64,000 bases of DNA. Origin: Myxococcales bacterium (GTDB taxonomy: Bacteria > Myxococcota_A > Polyangia > Polyangiales > JADJMO01). The stretch spans positions 4,944-68,943 of the forward strand of contig JAEUKC010000164.1 in NCBI GenBank assembly GCA_016794445.1, given 5' to 3'. How positions within the stretch are numbered: position 1 is the stretch's first letter; each line of letters starts with the position of its first letter. A program made the translations under genes and the position numbers. This document shows positions 63,885-64,000 of the stretch, one piece after another. Below the pieces are notes generated by a model, which saw only the letters and a list, made by a program, of their open reading frames with translations, had not been told where the DNA came from and did not search any database.

Positions 63885-64000
63885 GGTTCGACGCTAACGC
63901 GGAAGCCCGAAGGTCTCCAGTGAACTCACGATGAACGGCGCTGGGGACGGGCGACCGGGGCGTTCTTGCGAACCGCGCGGGGATCGGGCGGCGGCACGAG

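Overview
High-GC bacterial chromosome segment. Single 60-nt lines that I counted by hand give about 68% GC in housekeeping genes and about 52-62% in the toxin loci. It is very probably from a myxobacterium: it has a MYXO-CTERM-like sorting tail, many Cys-lipobox proteins and Asp/Gly/Pro-rich linkers. All domain calls come from motifs I read in the supplied translations or translated myself. No homology search was possible, and most start codons are uncertain by tens of codons because high-GC shadow ORFs inflate the track.

Core content, left to right:
- The 5' part of an Rhs protein that runs off the left edge.
- A protein with five zinc-ribbon repeats.
- A beta-helix lipoprotein.
- A LOG / EEP / metallophosphoesterase cluster.
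- htrA, bamA, and imuA-imuB without dnaE2.
- thiE, a two-RRM glycine-rich RNA-binding protein, and rpmG (absent from the ORF track).
- A CoA-transferase, an SCP2 protein, hisD, deoA and gpsA.
- A Kelch / Cys-rich / MYXO-CTERM surface protein.
- Two tandem metzincin lipoproteins of about 1500 aa each.
- A complete isc operon (iscS-iscU-iscA-hscB-hscA-fdx), headed by a Cys4 MerR regulator and followed by a ferritin-like gene.
- GFA, an HTTM membrane protein, aroA, a crotonase, pheA and ppk.

The most interesting locus is 46255-54002 on the minus strand. It is a 2457-aa protein with a lipoprotein signal that fuses a TcB-like SpvB/beta-propeller region to a TcC/Rhs shell. This is followed by the Rhs core cleavage motif, a Gly/Ser linker, hydrophobic helices and an unrecognised C-terminal domain of about 107 aa. 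A 125-aa immunity-like gene is translationally coupled to it (ATGA overlap). There is no TcA-like gene in the window, and the whole locus sits in a lower-GC island.

I found no rRNA, tRNA, CRISPR array, transposase or integrase.
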